DNA from: Candidatus Calditenuaceae archaeon
Lineage (GTDB): Archaea; Thermoproteota; Nitrososphaeria_A; Caldarchaeales; Calditenuaceae
Reading direction: 5' to 3'
Assembly: GCA_025058055.1 (NCBI GenBank)
Contig: JANXEU010000012.1
Span: 5,095 to 69,094 of the forward strand
Length of the DNA stretch: 64,000 nt
Below the pieces are notes generated by a model. That model searched no databases and was not told the origin of the DNA. It saw only the letters and a program-made list of their open reading frames with translations. A program made the position numbers and the translations under genes. Positions 45,001 through 54,230 of the stretch are shown here, piece after piece (positions within the stretch are counted from its first letter, which is position 1; each line of letters opens with the position of its first letter).

Positions 45001-45538
45001 AGAGCTTGAAGTCGAGAGGAATGAGATCCTGAAGCTGATCGAGGAGATTGACGCCCAGAAGCTTAAGGTAGTGACTGAGACCATCCGAAAGGTCTCGGAG
45101 GAGTTCGGAGAGTACTTCAACAGACTGACAGGTGGAGACGGTTGGCTGGAGTTCACTGATCCCCAGAGCCCACTCGAATCTGGAATAGAGATGGTCGTTA
45201 GGTTCCCCGGGAAGGCCCCGAGGTCGGCACGAGGGGTGAGCGGGGGCGAGAAGACAGTTTCGGCAGTCGCTTTGCTGCTCTCCTTACAGTCCCTTACGCC
45301 TGCAGACTTCTTGGTGTTCGATGAGGTCGACGCGCACCTTGACGCAGCTTACTCCTCGAACCTCGCTGAGCTACTGAAAGAGATGTCCAAGAAGATTCAG
45401 ATAATATTGGTCAGTCTGAAAGACATAGTCGCTGAGAAGGCCGATCTCTTGATCGGTGTATACGGCAGGAGCGGCGCATCACACGTCATAACCACGAAGC
45501 TGGGTGAGTTGCTTGAGGGGGAGCAGGGGATCGAATGA
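42074..45538 (+). CDS. smc: chromosome segregation protein SMC
   Basis: N-terminal GPNGSGKSNIIDAI, long coiled coils, a hinge region, and C-terminal signature VSGGEKTV with FLVFDEVDAHLD. Confidence 0.9.
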   Translation: MVHLKRITLQGFKSFPPKRQTIELVKGLVVIAGPNGSGKSNIIDAIRFAFGELSPHALRVSRMSELINQSEAGGTAQFARVTVVLENSERAIPLDADEVTVTRRLYASGESEYAVNNRTVGRSDVLGLLAAANVRPSGFNVVSQGAVLGIAEMGPEDLKELIEEVAGTAEFDQRKQEAMKELEKADRNVAVAKAGAEEVRRRLVQLELEWFNLSRRRHLERELEFVKRREVVSEISKIDQELLKVFEKIATLQEVRSKKERELERLSKELFEAERLDGSLRSEEAAIQSEIRRLSNELELARNSLERLRTKMRDSGQRYAEVRRRAMSIRSSVVAEVEQARVIREKLASLDKTAAELSQQLKGVEEELREVSSNVEQLRSKLEKYEEAQRMVSAERRRLQQELSKVDSELARLRSEEARLSARIESLQLESKLRAEELKRVREELTSLSSLRTEVKRRLEGGVRLVADLDRKSQDLERERSQIMVWLREAEEALATVRQESSKRSSEMTERLREVFGERVVGVLGELVSFPEETRVLYERLLGELMNAWVFRRNSDALAAVLAASELDLNLYAISIEGRGNCYRRKGRCLACAADVKSHEARAALHVALSGAEIVVSDDFSVSRPAVTARGAHHNGQGVFASLGGVVSESETFEEAKAIREMVVSLRDRLKATEVELERLRGEVSAVREAESELRGELRSIDSREFERKELEKKLLSELKRIEAESSRVESASSELQSRVATLVSRREELEKALQEIISPDQPEQERKELLQQSELQFHLISERSRLIAELKRHTDQSSSLRRELAALEGRVADVPARIEELEKAAALHLDRVRSAALEYADTLKSVREREAELSRLEDHLQRLRSESVGLSERVRALREERDRVGEELARVDSDLESWKLSRVELSSRRNALEERLQGGEVLVQEVAFELPQPVLEEFRSSMERELQELELVNQLAPMQYVEVSSTYRQKSIRISELEVERNEILKLIEEIDAQKLKVVTETIRKVSEEFGEYFNRLTGGDGWLEFTDPQSPLESGIEMVVRFPGKAPRSARGVSGGEKTVSAVALLLSLQSLTPADFLVFDEVDAHLDAAYSSNLAELLKEMSKKIQIILVSLKDIVAEKADLLIGVYGRSGASHVITTKLGELLEGEQGIE

Positions 45539-46166
45539 GGAGCTAGAGTGGAAGGTCTTGCTCAACCCTACGGCCTTCAAACGCCTCGATCCTTGGAAGG
45601 TGAAACTGGTACCGCTCCTTCGGCAATTCTCGGCGGCCTTCAGGTCGACGGAGGTCACGTTCACTCACGCGGGCATAGTAGTTCTAACCGCCTCTACTGT
45701 GCACAGAGAGAAGTCTGAGAGGTTGGAAGTAGAAGAGGAGCGTCCCAAGCTTGAGCGGCCTGACCTGATCGTACCACCTCCCCTCGAGCTGCCGGTCAGG
45801 GGAGACGTGATCAGCGCGACACTGCTGGACGTCGTCAAAGCCCTGAGGACAGTCCTAGTGAAAATGCAATCTGATAACAGTAGCAAGTTCGAGCAGATCA
45901 ACGTCGACATCAAGTTGGACGACTACTTGATCAGAATCGAGGAGGAGTTTAACGCCTTCGTTCAAGAACTGGCGGAGTTCTTCGCAGACAAACAGCTCGC
46001 GCCCCTTCTCGCGCTTATCGAGGGTCTCGACAGGTTGACCGCAGTCAAACGGATCATACTGCTCCTCTTCGCGGCTAGCAGGGGATACGTGGACCTGATT
46101 CAGGAAGAATCTGACGGCAGAGTCTTAGTGATGTGGGGTGGTGAAGGTGCCTCGAAACAGGCTTAA
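45504..46166 (+). CDS. scpA: segregation and condensation protein A (kleisin)
   Basis: ScpA-like N-terminus (RLDPWKVKLVPLLRQF), position after smc, and a winged-helix C-terminus. Start (GTG or TTG) is uncertain. Confidence 0.7.
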   Translation: MSCLRGSRGSNEELEWKVLLNPTAFKRLDPWKVKLVPLLRQFSAAFRSTEVTFTHAGIVVLTASTVHREKSERLEVEEERPKLERPDLIVPPPLELPVRGDVISATLLDVVKALRTVLVKMQSDNSSKFEQINVDIKLDDYLIRIEEEFNAFVQELAEFFADKQLAPLLALIEGLDRLTAVKRIILLLFAASRGYVDLIQEESDGRVLVMWGGEGASKQA

Positions 46167-46728
46167 CGACGTCGAGGCCCGGGTAGTCGTCGAGGCGATA
46201 CTGTTCGCTGCCAACAGACCGGTTGACTTGAGGACGCTGATGAGGGCAACGGGGTGGAGGAGCGTCAGGGAAATGACGGGCCTTCTAAGAGAACTCAAGC
46301 GGGACTACGACGAGCAGGGGAGGGCCTTCACGCTGAGCGAGCTCCCAAGCGAGCGCTTCCTCATGCACGTCCGTCACGAGCTGCTCCCGATCGTGAGGAG
46401 GTACTACCGTGGCTCACTCCTCTCAAGCGCGACCCTAAAGACGCTCTCCTTCATCGCCTATCACCAGCCGATCGAGATGTCGGCGATTGCCGCAGTTAGG
46501 GGCTCGAGAGCCTACGTTCAGGTCAGGGAGCTAGAAGACTTGGGCCTCGTCGATGTGGAAAGGAGGGGCCGCAAAAGGATACTTCGCACGTCCCAGCTCT
46601 TCTCGACCCTTATCGGCGTAGATGGATCAGGCTCAAGGGTAAAGAGGCTCATCGAACAGGCGCTGCAGCAACAGGGAGGGGCTGGTCAGGGCGACGGAGG
46701 ACGGAAGGGAGCCGAACCGAACCTTTGA
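46138..46728 (+). CDS. scpB: segregation and condensation protein B
   Basis: VVEAILFAANRPVDLRTL and a second winged-helix repeat (LKTLSFIAYHQPI). Confidence 0.8.
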   Translation: MVKVPRNRLNDVEARVVVEAILFAANRPVDLRTLMRATGWRSVREMTGLLRELKRDYDEQGRAFTLSELPSERFLMHVRHELLPIVRRYYRGSLLSSATLKTLSFIAYHQPIEMSAIAAVRGSRAYVQVRELEDLGLVDVERRGRKRILRTSQLFSTLIGVDGSGSRVKRLIEQALQQQGGAGQGDGGRKGAEPNL

Positions 46729-46782
46729 TATAAGTTACTTATTAGGTTGTTTAATAACACGGCCGGTCTGGTATCCGTCGCG

Positions 46783-47595
46783 ATGACCGTGAGGTTCGCA
46801 CCTGAGGTTGGAGAGAAGGAGATAACGAGGGCCATCGTCTCGAAGTTCGCCGAGCAGCTCCTATCGTCTGTGGAGAGCGATGTCGTGGTCGTGGGTGGCG
46901 GGCCTGCCGGCCTCATGGCCGCTAGGGACCTAGCGATTAAAGGGATAAAGGTGCTGGTCGTGGAGCAGAACAACTACCTCGGCGGAGGTTTCTGGATCGG
47001 CGGCTACCTCATGAACGTCGCGACCTTCAGACACCCTGCAGAACTGGTCCTCGATGAGCTAGGTGTGCGGTACGAGCCGGTCTCAGATGGTCTGTTCGTG
47101 ACCTCTGCTCCATACGCGTGCTCCAAGCTAATTGTCGCAGCCTGTGAGGCCGGAGCCCGTATACTCAACATGTCTCAGCTGGAGGATGTCGTGCTCAGGG
47201 ATGGTAAGGTTTCGGGTGTCGTGGTGAATTGGACTCCGGTGAAGTCCCTCCCCAAACTGATCACCTGCCTGGACCCGATTGCCCTCGAGTCCAAGGTCGT
47301 TATCGACGCGACCGGTCACGATGCAGCTGCCGTTGGCAAGCTCGAGAGACGCGGGCTCCTGAAGTTGCCTGGCATGAACGCTATGTGGGTCGAGAGATCT
47401 GAAGATGCAGTCGTCGAGTTCACGGGCGAGGTGTTCCCCGGGCTCATCGTCGCCGGGATGTCTGTTGCAGAGACCTTCGGTCTGCCGAGGATGGGGCCCA
47501 CCTTCGGGGCGATGTTGCTCTCAGGCCGTAGAGCAGCCGAGATCGCGCTGATGAAGCTACAGGAACTCGAGATAAAGAGTGCTCCTTTAAGATAA
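46783..47595 (+). CDS. thi4: thiamine thiazole synthase Thi4
   Basis: DVVVVGGGPAGLMAARDLA...VEQNNYLGGG pattern. Start moved to the ATG at 46783 because the listed TTG lies in an AT-rich promoter-like tract. Confidence 0.85.
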   Translation: MTVRFAPEVGEKEITRAIVSKFAEQLLSSVESDVVVVGGGPAGLMAARDLAIKGIKVLVVEQNNYLGGGFWIGGYLMNVATFRHPAELVLDELGVRYEPVSDGLFVTSAPYACSKLIVAACEAGARILNMSQLEDVVLRDGKVSGVVVNWTPVKSLPKLITCLDPIALESKVVIDATGHDAAAVGKLERRGLLKLPGMNAMWVERSEDAVVEFTGEVFPGLIVAGMSVAETFGLPRMGPTFGAMLLSGRRAAEIALMKLQELEIKSAPLR

Positions 47596-47617
47596 AAACC
47601 TCGTTAAACTTTTATCG

Positions 47618-48772
47618 TTATTTCAGTAATGTAATGTTTCCTCGAATTGGCCCGGATCCCCGGTTTCTAATCGCCTGGGCAAGAGTATAAGCGGTGAGCA
47701 GAGCCAGAGCGACCGCAAGCACTATGATGATCAGAGTCAATGTCTGAGGGTCTTGAAGCAGCCCTTCGTCGCCGTTCCTGGCCCTCTCCGTGACCGTCCG
47801 TGTAGTGGTTGCTGTTGTGGTGGTGAGGTCCTTCACAGTTGTGAACCACGTCTCCACTGTTACGACCTCCTTCATCGTTACCGACACATACGTTGTGGTA
47901 ACCGGGCTGACGACCGTCTCGGTCCGAGTCTCCGTAGTGGTCTGCCCCACTCGGGTCGTCACGGTTGTGGGCGGCAGAGTCGTGGTCACGTTGACCCATT
48001 GGGTTACTGTCGTCGCGGGAAGCGTTGTGGTGACGGTCACGCTCCTGGTTTCGGTGGTTCCCGGGAGTCGGGTCGTCGTGGTGACGGTCGCGGTCACGGT
48101 GGCCGGCGGCGCCTCGTCGGAGCAGTAGAAGGCCTCTATGAGTAGGCCGGTCGGACTAAGGGCGGGTCCGTTTCGAACTACTACGGTCACGTTGTTTATG
48201 CCCGAACTCACAGGGAACACCCACCATCCGGGTTGGGAAGGCCAGAGAGCGAATCCCGGTATGTTGATGCCCGTGTAGACGCCGTTCAGGTAGACCCATC
48301 CTGGGTCGTCTGACCCTCCCCTCATGTAGACCCTACCCGCTGAAGGTGCCACGAAGACGACGCTGTAGGTGAAGTTGGTGTTTTCCGGAGCAAGGCCCGG
48401 CTGGTTGTTGACCGGCCTGTAGGGGTTTATCCACATCGCCCTCGAGCCTACCGGCGGGCCTGAGTGCCAAGCGCCCGGCACAGGGTTCACGACCCACGGT
48501 CTCTCAACCGTGCCGTCTGGCAACCTGACGGACCAATCTAGGGGCGTTGAAACGGGATTCTCCCTTGATCCTGCAGGCTTCGCCACGAAGTTCAGCGAGC
48601 CGGTGCTCAGATCCATCATGCACGCACACGTCTCGGGAGCCCTCGTGGTCGTGATCACCTCCACTCTGCTCTGAGCGCTCACGGTCACCATCTGTACGAC
48701 CACCGGAATCAGCACCAGACCCAAAAGAGCCAGTGCCAGGCAGAGTTTAACCGATCTCGAACCCAAAGGCAT
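47618..48772 (-). CDS. exported cell-surface protein with Thr-rich stalk and C-terminal membrane anchor
   Basis: Signal-like N-terminus and a globular domain (GGSDDPGWVYLNGVY, PA14-like at best). A T/V-rich stalk of about 110 aa follows, then a C-terminal TM helix and a basic tail. Confidence 0.55.
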   Translation of the reverse strand: MPLGSRSVKLCLALALLGLVLIPVVVQMVTVSAQSRVEVITTTRAPETCACMMDLSTGSLNFVAKPAGSRENPVSTPLDWSVRLPDGTVERPWVVNPVPGAWHSGPPVGSRAMWINPYRPVNNQPGLAPENTNFTYSVVFVAPSAGRVYMRGGSDDPGWVYLNGVYTGINIPGFALWPSQPGWWVFPVSSGINNVTVVVRNGPALSPTGLLIEAFYCSDEAPPATVTATVTTTTRLPGTTETRSVTVTTTLPATTVTQWVNVTTTLPPTTVTTRVGQTTTETRTETVVSPVTTTYVSVTMKEVVTVETWFTTVKDLTTTTATTTRTVTERARNGDEGLLQDPQTLTLIIIVLAVALALLTAYTLAQAIRNRGSGPIRGNITLLK

Positions 48773-48878
48773 AGAATTTCCGGACAGAGGTCACGATTTA
48801 AGTCTAATTCCCAGGAGAGTTCCTCTGTCTGAACGTGAGAAGTATAAGAACCAGCCGGCAGATCGTCACATACGGCGA

Positions 48879-48952
48879 GCCTGGGTAGTATAGCCAGGTT
48901 AGTATACCGGCCTGTCGAGCCGGTGACCCGGGTTCAAATCCCGGCCCAGGCG
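48879..48952 (+). tRNA. tRNA-Asp(GUC)
   Basis: Full cloverleaf: GCCTGGG/CCCAGGC, anticodon stem CCGGC/GCCGG, loop CTGTCGA, T arm CCGGG-TTCAAAT-CCCGG. TATAAG lies about 31-36 nt upstream. Confidence 0.9.
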
Positions 48953-48965
48953 ATCATGAACCCCA

Positions 48966-50045
48966 TCATCTGGACCTCGTTATCAAGAACTCTGAGAGTT
49001 CCCTCAGCGCCTCCTTCGGTGTAGAATCAGGAAGCTTGCCGTCCAGCTCGGCCCATGCTTCCATCACGATCCTCCTTGAGAAGGTCCTTGCGTAGTCTAT
49101 TGATCCAGCCTCTTTCATGATATCTATCGCCTCCCTTATTAGAAAAGGATCGGATGGTCTTGAGGAGAGAATCTGCTCGAGGCGCTTCGACTTATCTTGC
49201 GGCAGTGTCCGAATCGCGTGAACCACCATCAGAGTCCTCTTCCCCTCCTTGATATCGCCTCCGATCTCCTTGCCGTACTCATGCTCGACACCGACCAGAT
49301 TGAGGACGTCGTCTTGAATCTGAAAGGCTACGGCGATCGAATCACCAAACCTAGTAAGGGCCCTCTCTGTAGCGGCATCGGTGTTAGCAAGAGAACAAGC
49401 GAACCTCATCCCCATCCTCACGAGCGAACCAGTCTTCAGGCTGCACATAGTCAGATAGGCATGCTCGTCGTAGTTGGAGGAGAGTGATCTGTGCCATGCT
49501 ATGTCGATCGCTTGGCCGAGGCTTAGGTTTGTCATCTCTTCCACGAAGATCGTGAGCACCTTTTCGACAACCGATCTGGGAATGCTTCCCTTCCTCAAGA
49601 CCGCGATTATCGGAAGGAAGTAAAGCGTATTTCCCATGTTGATGGCCACGTCCTGTCCATAGACTACGTGAACGCAAGGCTTTCCCCTCCTCAACTCGCT
49701 CTGGTCTTCGACGTCGTCAACGGCTAGCGTTCCATTGTGGATCAGCTCCGTCACCACCGCGAGGTCGGCTATTTCCTCAGCTTCACCACCCAGAGCCTCG
49801 TACGTCAACATGGTCAGCACCGGCCTCCATCTCTTTCCGCCCCTGTCGAGGAGGTCCCAAGCCGGAACGCTGACAGATTTCGTGATCGCTTCTGTGTCAA
49901 ACCTCATCCCCGACAAACCGCTTACGCGCTTCAGGTAGGCATCGTCTATTGTCCTCGGGAGTATAGACTCCATCGAATACGTGATTAGCTTCATGTACCT
50001 ACTTGACAGGCTCTCGAGGGCCTCCAACTCCACATTCGGCCCCAC
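48966..50045 (-). CDS. trans-polyprenyl diphosphate synthase (GGPP synthase family)
   Basis: First Asp-rich motif AVDDVEDQSELRRGKP and second motif FQIQDDVLN. Confidence 0.85.
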   Translation of the reverse strand: MGPNVELEALESLSSRYMKLITYSMESILPRTIDDAYLKRVSGLSGMRFDTEAITKSVSVPAWDLLDRGGKRWRPVLTMLTYEALGGEAEEIADLAVVTELIHNGTLAVDDVEDQSELRRGKPCVHVVYGQDVAINMGNTLYFLPIIAVLRKGSIPRSVVEKVLTIFVEEMTNLSLGQAIDIAWHRSLSSNYDEHAYLTMCSLKTGSLVRMGMRFACSLANTDAATERALTRFGDSIAVAFQIQDDVLNLVGVEHEYGKEIGGDIKEGKRTLMVVHAIRTLPQDKSKRLEQILSSRPSDPFLIREAIDIMKEAGSIDYARTFSRRIVMEAWAELDGKLPDSTPKEALRELSEFLITRSR

Positions 50046-50081
50046 GATCCTCTATTAACCTCTCTCTCGCGAGGACAGAAC

Positions 50082-50861
50082 TCAGATAATCAGCCCAGAA
50101 GACCTGAAAAATCGTTGTACGTCCGAGGCCTCCTCTTCGTGGGACTTGCTCTGAGACACCTTTTGGACCAGGTGCTCCCCGTACTTCGCGTCTGAGTTGC
50201 CGTACTTCCTTAGGTAACCTTCGGAGTTGTGGGCCTCATCGGCCTCCCTCAGGTAACTTTGCAGCTCCTCTTCAGTAGGGTCTCTGTAACGGTCGACGTG
50301 ATAGACGAACTCCAGCGGCACTCTCGGTCTCAGGGGAGGACTCTCGGCGGGCTGGCCGACGCACAGAAGGAACAGCGGGATCACCTTCTCGGGTAGACTA
50401 AGGGCCCTCGAGAACTCTTCCGGCGCCCTCAGCGGGTAGTCCAACACGACGCTTCCCAAGGCGAGGGCCTCGGCGGCGATAACCATGTTCTCCATGAACA
50501 TTGCAGTCTCAATCAGCATCTCAACGGTCTCCACAGGGTGTCTCTCCGTCCTGAGGACGTGCTTCTCAGTCAAAAGCGAGAACGTCCTACTCGTTCTACG
50601 GACGTCTAAGCACACCAAGAGGATTAGAGGCGCTCTGAGTGGGGGATCGTCTCCGACCAGCTCGATGACCTTCCTCCTCGTCTGAGGATCGTTCAACCGG
50701 ATTACGGAGTAGGACTGGTATACGCACGGCGCTCTCTGCCCGGCCTCGATGATGAGCTTCGCGACCTCCTCGCCCACAGGTGCGTTGGAGAAGTACCTTA
50801 TCGATCTCCGATTAAGCATAGCGCTGATTAGGCCGCGCCTCCTGACTGAGGCTGCCCTCAT
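50082..50861 (-). CDS. nitroreductase-family protein
   Basis: N-terminal NRRSIRYFS signature and typical length. Confidence 0.7.
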   Translation of the reverse strand: MRAASVRRRGLISAMLNRRSIRYFSNAPVGEEVAKLIIEAGQRAPCVYQSYSVIRLNDPQTRRKVIELVGDDPPLRAPLILLVCLDVRRTSRTFSLLTEKHVLRTERHPVETVEMLIETAMFMENMVIAAEALALGSVVLDYPLRAPEEFSRALSLPEKVIPLFLLCVGQPAESPPLRPRVPLEFVYHVDRYRDPTEEELQSYLREADEAHNSEGYLRKYGNSDAKYGEHLVQKVSQSKSHEEEASDVQRFFRSSGLII

Positions 50862-50922
50862 CCCGAATTCATGAATTGAGGAACTTAGTAAGAGTTACCC
50901 CGTGTGATCGTGTCTGTAATCA

Positions 50923-51510
50923 TCAGCTCTGAAGACCGGCGCTGTCCTCAACGAAGAGCGGGAGGACACCGAGGTGCTCTACGTCGTCGTGAACCCTGCC
51001 CTCTACGAGTATCGCTGCCTTTTTGAAAACGATTCCCCCGGCCCTCTTGACCAGTTCCTCTAGTGCGTTGAGCGTCTCCTTCGTGCTCACTATGTCGTCC
51101 ACGATCGCGACCCTCCTCCCCTCGAGCAGTCTAGCGTACCTACCGTCTATGGTGAGCGTCTGGGGCTTCTCGCTCGTGATGGGTTTGTATGAAACCGTGA
51201 TGGGGTTCTCCATGAACGGCAGTTTCCTCTTCCTTGCGATGACGTAGTGTTTGTGGCCGAGGATCTTAGCGATCTCGTGGACTAACGGCACACCCTTCGT
51301 CTCCGAGGTAAACAGGACGTCCGCGCCCCTTAACCTGTCTGCCAATAACCTAGCGCAGTGAGAGAGGAACTCCACGTCCCCAAGGCTGTCGAAGTAGGCG
51401 ATGTAGAGTCGTTCGGAGACCTTCATCAGCGGCAAGCTCTTCCTGTAACCGATGATCTCGAGGTCGTAGAACCTCCTTCCCTGAAGCGGGAGAATTACCT
51501 CTCCCTGCAA
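50923..51510 (-). CDS. type I phosphoribosyltransferase (purine/adenine PRT-like)
   Basis: PRPP-binding motif RVAIVDDIVSTKETL. Confidence 0.7.
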   Translation of the reverse strand: MQGEVILPLQGRRFYDLEIIGYRKSLPLMKVSERLYIAYFDSLGDVEFLSHCARLLADRLRGADVLFTSETKGVPLVHEIAKILGHKHYVIARKRKLPFMENPITVSYKPITSEKPQTLTIDGRYARLLEGRRVAIVDDIVSTKETLNALEELVKRAGGIVFKKAAILVEGRVHDDVEHLGVLPLFVEDSAGLQS

Positions 51511-51553
51511 ACCAACCGGCTAACTGATGGCTCCGTGATAAACTTTGTTCCGA

Positions 51554-53638
51554 TCAGGATCGTTCACGAGCTAAGCAGCGGCGAAGAACGTTGACCGTGT
51601 GAAAGACGGGCAGGTTCAGCGACTCCTTGAACTGCAGCGAGCAGACGCTGCTCTCCGTGACGACGAAGTCAGGCCGTTCAGCGCGTATACGTTCCGAGAC
51701 CATCCTCCCGATCTGGGAGCTTACCCCTCTGCCGACGGGCCCGCTCCTCATGCCCCATGTCCCGGCCATCCCGCAACACCCCAGATCCCGCGTGACGACC
51801 CTAAGTCCGACCTTCTCCAGCAACGACCTTGTTGCGTGACTGAGGCCGCTCCCCAGTCCATGACAGCTGACGTGATAGTAGGCAAGCGCCCCTGCCAAAT
51901 CCGATCGACCGAACTCCGTTAGAAGCCCGTCAGCGAGAAGGAGTTCGGTAAGGTTGAGAGTAGACTGAGCGATTGATCTCGACTCGAGGGTGCCGAGCAT
52001 TGCGGGAAACACCTCCCTCAAGCAGTAGCCCGCGGTTGGCTCCGTGACCACGACCCTCGCCCCGCGTTCCACGTAGAGATGCAGCACCTTAGAGATCCTC
52101 TTTGCAACCCTCATGGCCGTACCTAGTCGACCGTACTGTATCGCAGGCATGTGTGTTCCTGGACCTTCGTAAAGTACGACTCCGTAGCCGAGAGACCTGA
52201 GAACTTCGACTGTCTCTACGCCCACACTCCAATCGACGTAAGAGGTGTATGTGTCCGGAAAGTAAACGACGGTTCCGCGCTTCCCGTCTCGTTCGGCGCC
52301 GATCTTGACCCTCTCCAGCGCTTTGCGCAGGGTACCGCCCCTGAAACTCGGCAAGGGCGCGTTCCTGTCTATTCCCGCTAGAGCCTCCAGCGCCGCTCTG
52401 AAGGTCCTAGACCTTTGAGCGCGGCAGAAGAGGGCCGAGAACTTCGAACCCAACCTCGCGTAGAGCTCGAAACCACCTGCCAGCAAATCCAGCCTCAGGT
52501 CCCTTCTCGCGAAAGACTTCACTCTCGAGATCAGCAGAGGGATCCGGATCCCGACCGGACACTCGAGCTCGCAGAGTCCGCACCCGAAGCAGAGCCAAGA
52601 ATACTCGTTCGCGACGTCGAACCCCGACGTGACAGCGTCCAATGCCACGCCGATGGGGCCCGAGTAGTTACCTCCGAAGACGAGACCGCTGACAGTCTTG
52701 TAGGGGTTGCAGACGTTGAAGCAGGCCCCGCACCTGATGCAGAGATTAACCTGCCAGAGCCATGGGTCGTCACGCGCTCTTGTGCGGCCGTTATCGAGCA
52801 GCACCACGACGAACCTCTTCTTCTCACCGTACCAGCGCGGACAGTAGAGGGTGATGTAGGAGGACGTCCTACCTGCGGCGCTCAAGGCCTGAATTCTCGC
52901 GACCCTGATCGCGCTCTCTAATCCTTTCACCAGCTTCTCTACCCCCGCCAGACAGACGACGACCTTCGGGAACTCGACCACGAACAACTCGTTGCCCTCA
53001 TTTGTGACCACCACGATGGTGCCGGTTTCCGCGTCGATCGCGTTGGCTCCGGTTATCCCTGCAGCAGCGTCGATCATGATCCGCCTCAAGTACCTCCTAG
53101 CCGTTGAGGAGATGTCTCTGAGGTCTGTCCCGACCCGGGTGCCCAGTGATCGGCTCAGGACCTCCGCTATCTCCTTCCGATCCATGTGCAGAGCCGGGCC
53201 GAGAATGTGAGAGGGCCTTTCGTCTGCCATCTGAACCACCCATTCACCGAGATCGGTTTCTACGACCGATATGCCTTCAGAGCGGAGCGCCTCGTTGAGT
53301 CGAATCTCTTCGCTGGTGATCGACTTGGACTTGATGGCCACGCTGACGCCGTGCTCGCGTAAGACCCTGACTATCGCACTCTTCGCATCCTCACCGTTGC
53401 GTGCTAGGACGAACTCCCCACCGAGCCGCTCAACGGACGTCTTCAGAGTATCTATGAGCTCGTCCAATCGATGCAAGCTCTCTTGCTTCGCGAGACGGAC
53501 AGCTTCGAGCTCCGAAGAGGCAATCCTCATCATGCCCTCATCCCTTGAGCGCTTGGTCCCCTCTAACACCGACCAGAGGCGTTCGATTCTGTCCCGTCTC
53601 CTGAGGGCTTCAGAGGTTTTCTTCTCTAGGTCCATCAC
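51554..53638 (-). CDS. LUD-domain / 2x[4Fe-4S] / CCG-domain fusion (LutB-LutA-like Fe-S oxidoreductase)
   Basis: N-terminal LUD-like region, CIRCGACFNVC and CFGCGLCELECP clusters, and C-terminal cysteine-rich CCG motifs (LGCCGMAG). Confidence 0.7.
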   Translation of the reverse strand: MMDLEKKTSEALRRRDRIERLWSVLEGTKRSRDEGMMRIASSELEAVRLAKQESLHRLDELIDTLKTSVERLGGEFVLARNGEDAKSAIVRVLREHGVSVAIKSKSITSEEIRLNEALRSEGISVVETDLGEWVVQMADERPSHILGPALHMDRKEIAEVLSRSLGTRVGTDLRDISSTARRYLRRIMIDAAAGITGANAIDAETGTIVVVTNEGNELFVVEFPKVVVCLAGVEKLVKGLESAIRVARIQALSAAGRTSSYITLYCPRWYGEKKRFVVVLLDNGRTRARDDPWLWQVNLCIRCGACFNVCNPYKTVSGLVFGGNYSGPIGVALDAVTSGFDVANEYSWLCFGCGLCELECPVGIRIPLLISRVKSFARRDLRLDLLAGGFELYARLGSKFSALFCRAQRSRTFRAALEALAGIDRNAPLPSFRGGTLRKALERVKIGAERDGKRGTVVYFPDTYTSYVDWSVGVETVEVLRSLGYGVVLYEGPGTHMPAIQYGRLGTAMRVAKRISKVLHLYVERGARVVVTEPTAGYCLREVFPAMLGTLESRSIAQSTLNLTELLLADGLLTEFGRSDLAGALAYYHVSCHGLGSGLSHATRSLLEKVGLRVVTRDLGCCGMAGTWGMRSGPVGRGVSSQIGRMVSERIRAERPDFVVTESSVCSLQFKESLNLPVFHTVNVLRRCLARERS

Positions 53639-54165
53639 ATCACCAAGAACCTGAGGGTTACCGGCCCATGAACACCAACCACTCTCACGTGTTCGATGTC
53701 CCTAGTCATGCTGGGTCCTGCGACGATGTGAACTGGCCCTCCCCTCTCCTTCATCACGTGTCCGATAACCTCCGCCGCTTCGGCGATCCCGGCTATCGCT
53801 ACCTTCCGGACTATTACGGCCAAATGCTCCGCCAGAACGGTCGCCTTTTGTATCGCTTCGTCTCCCCAGAGGACAGCGGCACCCAATTCCGCGATCGCAA
53901 CGCCGGCAACCCTCACGACGAGAGATCGGTTGTCGTGAGGTTTCAGCGACTCTAGTTCAGCCCGTTTGTGTGGCAGAACTTTCGGTGGAACACTCAACCC
54001 CAAGTAAGACATCTCGTTCGCTAATGACTCCTCGAGGACGATGTACCTCGCCCCTACCTCGTCAGCGGCCCTCAACAGCGCGTTCGGGAGTTCGGCAATA
54101 TCGGTGAGGTGCTCCAAGGTCACACCATTGTCCCTGCAGGCATTGAGGAAGACATCCACGGACAA
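53635..54165 (-). CDS. LUD-domain protein (LutC-like)
   Basis: 176 aa; 4-nt overlap with the downstream Lut-like fusion gene. Weak sequence pattern. Confidence 0.5.
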   Translation of the reverse strand: MSVDVFLNACRDNGVTLEHLTDIAELPNALLRAADEVGARYIVLEESLANEMSYLGLSVPPKVLPHKRAELESLKPHDNRSLVVRVAGVAIAELGAAVLWGDEAIQKATVLAEHLAVIVRKVAIAGIAEAAEVIGHVMKERGGPVHIVAGPSMTRDIEHVRVVGVHGPVTLRFLVM

Positions 54166-54230
54166 CCGTTGTTATCTGCTGGACGACTGAAATAAGCATA
54201 TTGGAGGCTTGATGGAAGTCAGGTCGGGAA

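Noticed and set aside
46729-46782. Possible TPP riboswitch upstream of thi4
   Set aside because: Only about 50 nt are available, and no CUGAGA/ACCUGA-type TPP aptamer core is present. The AT-rich tract is more simply a promoter.
47790-48145. Val-rich plus-strand ORFs and apparent DNA-level repetition
   Set aside because: They are antisense to the Thr-rich stalk of the surface protein. The repetition is codon-level low complexity, not a CRISPR array or tandem-repeat element.
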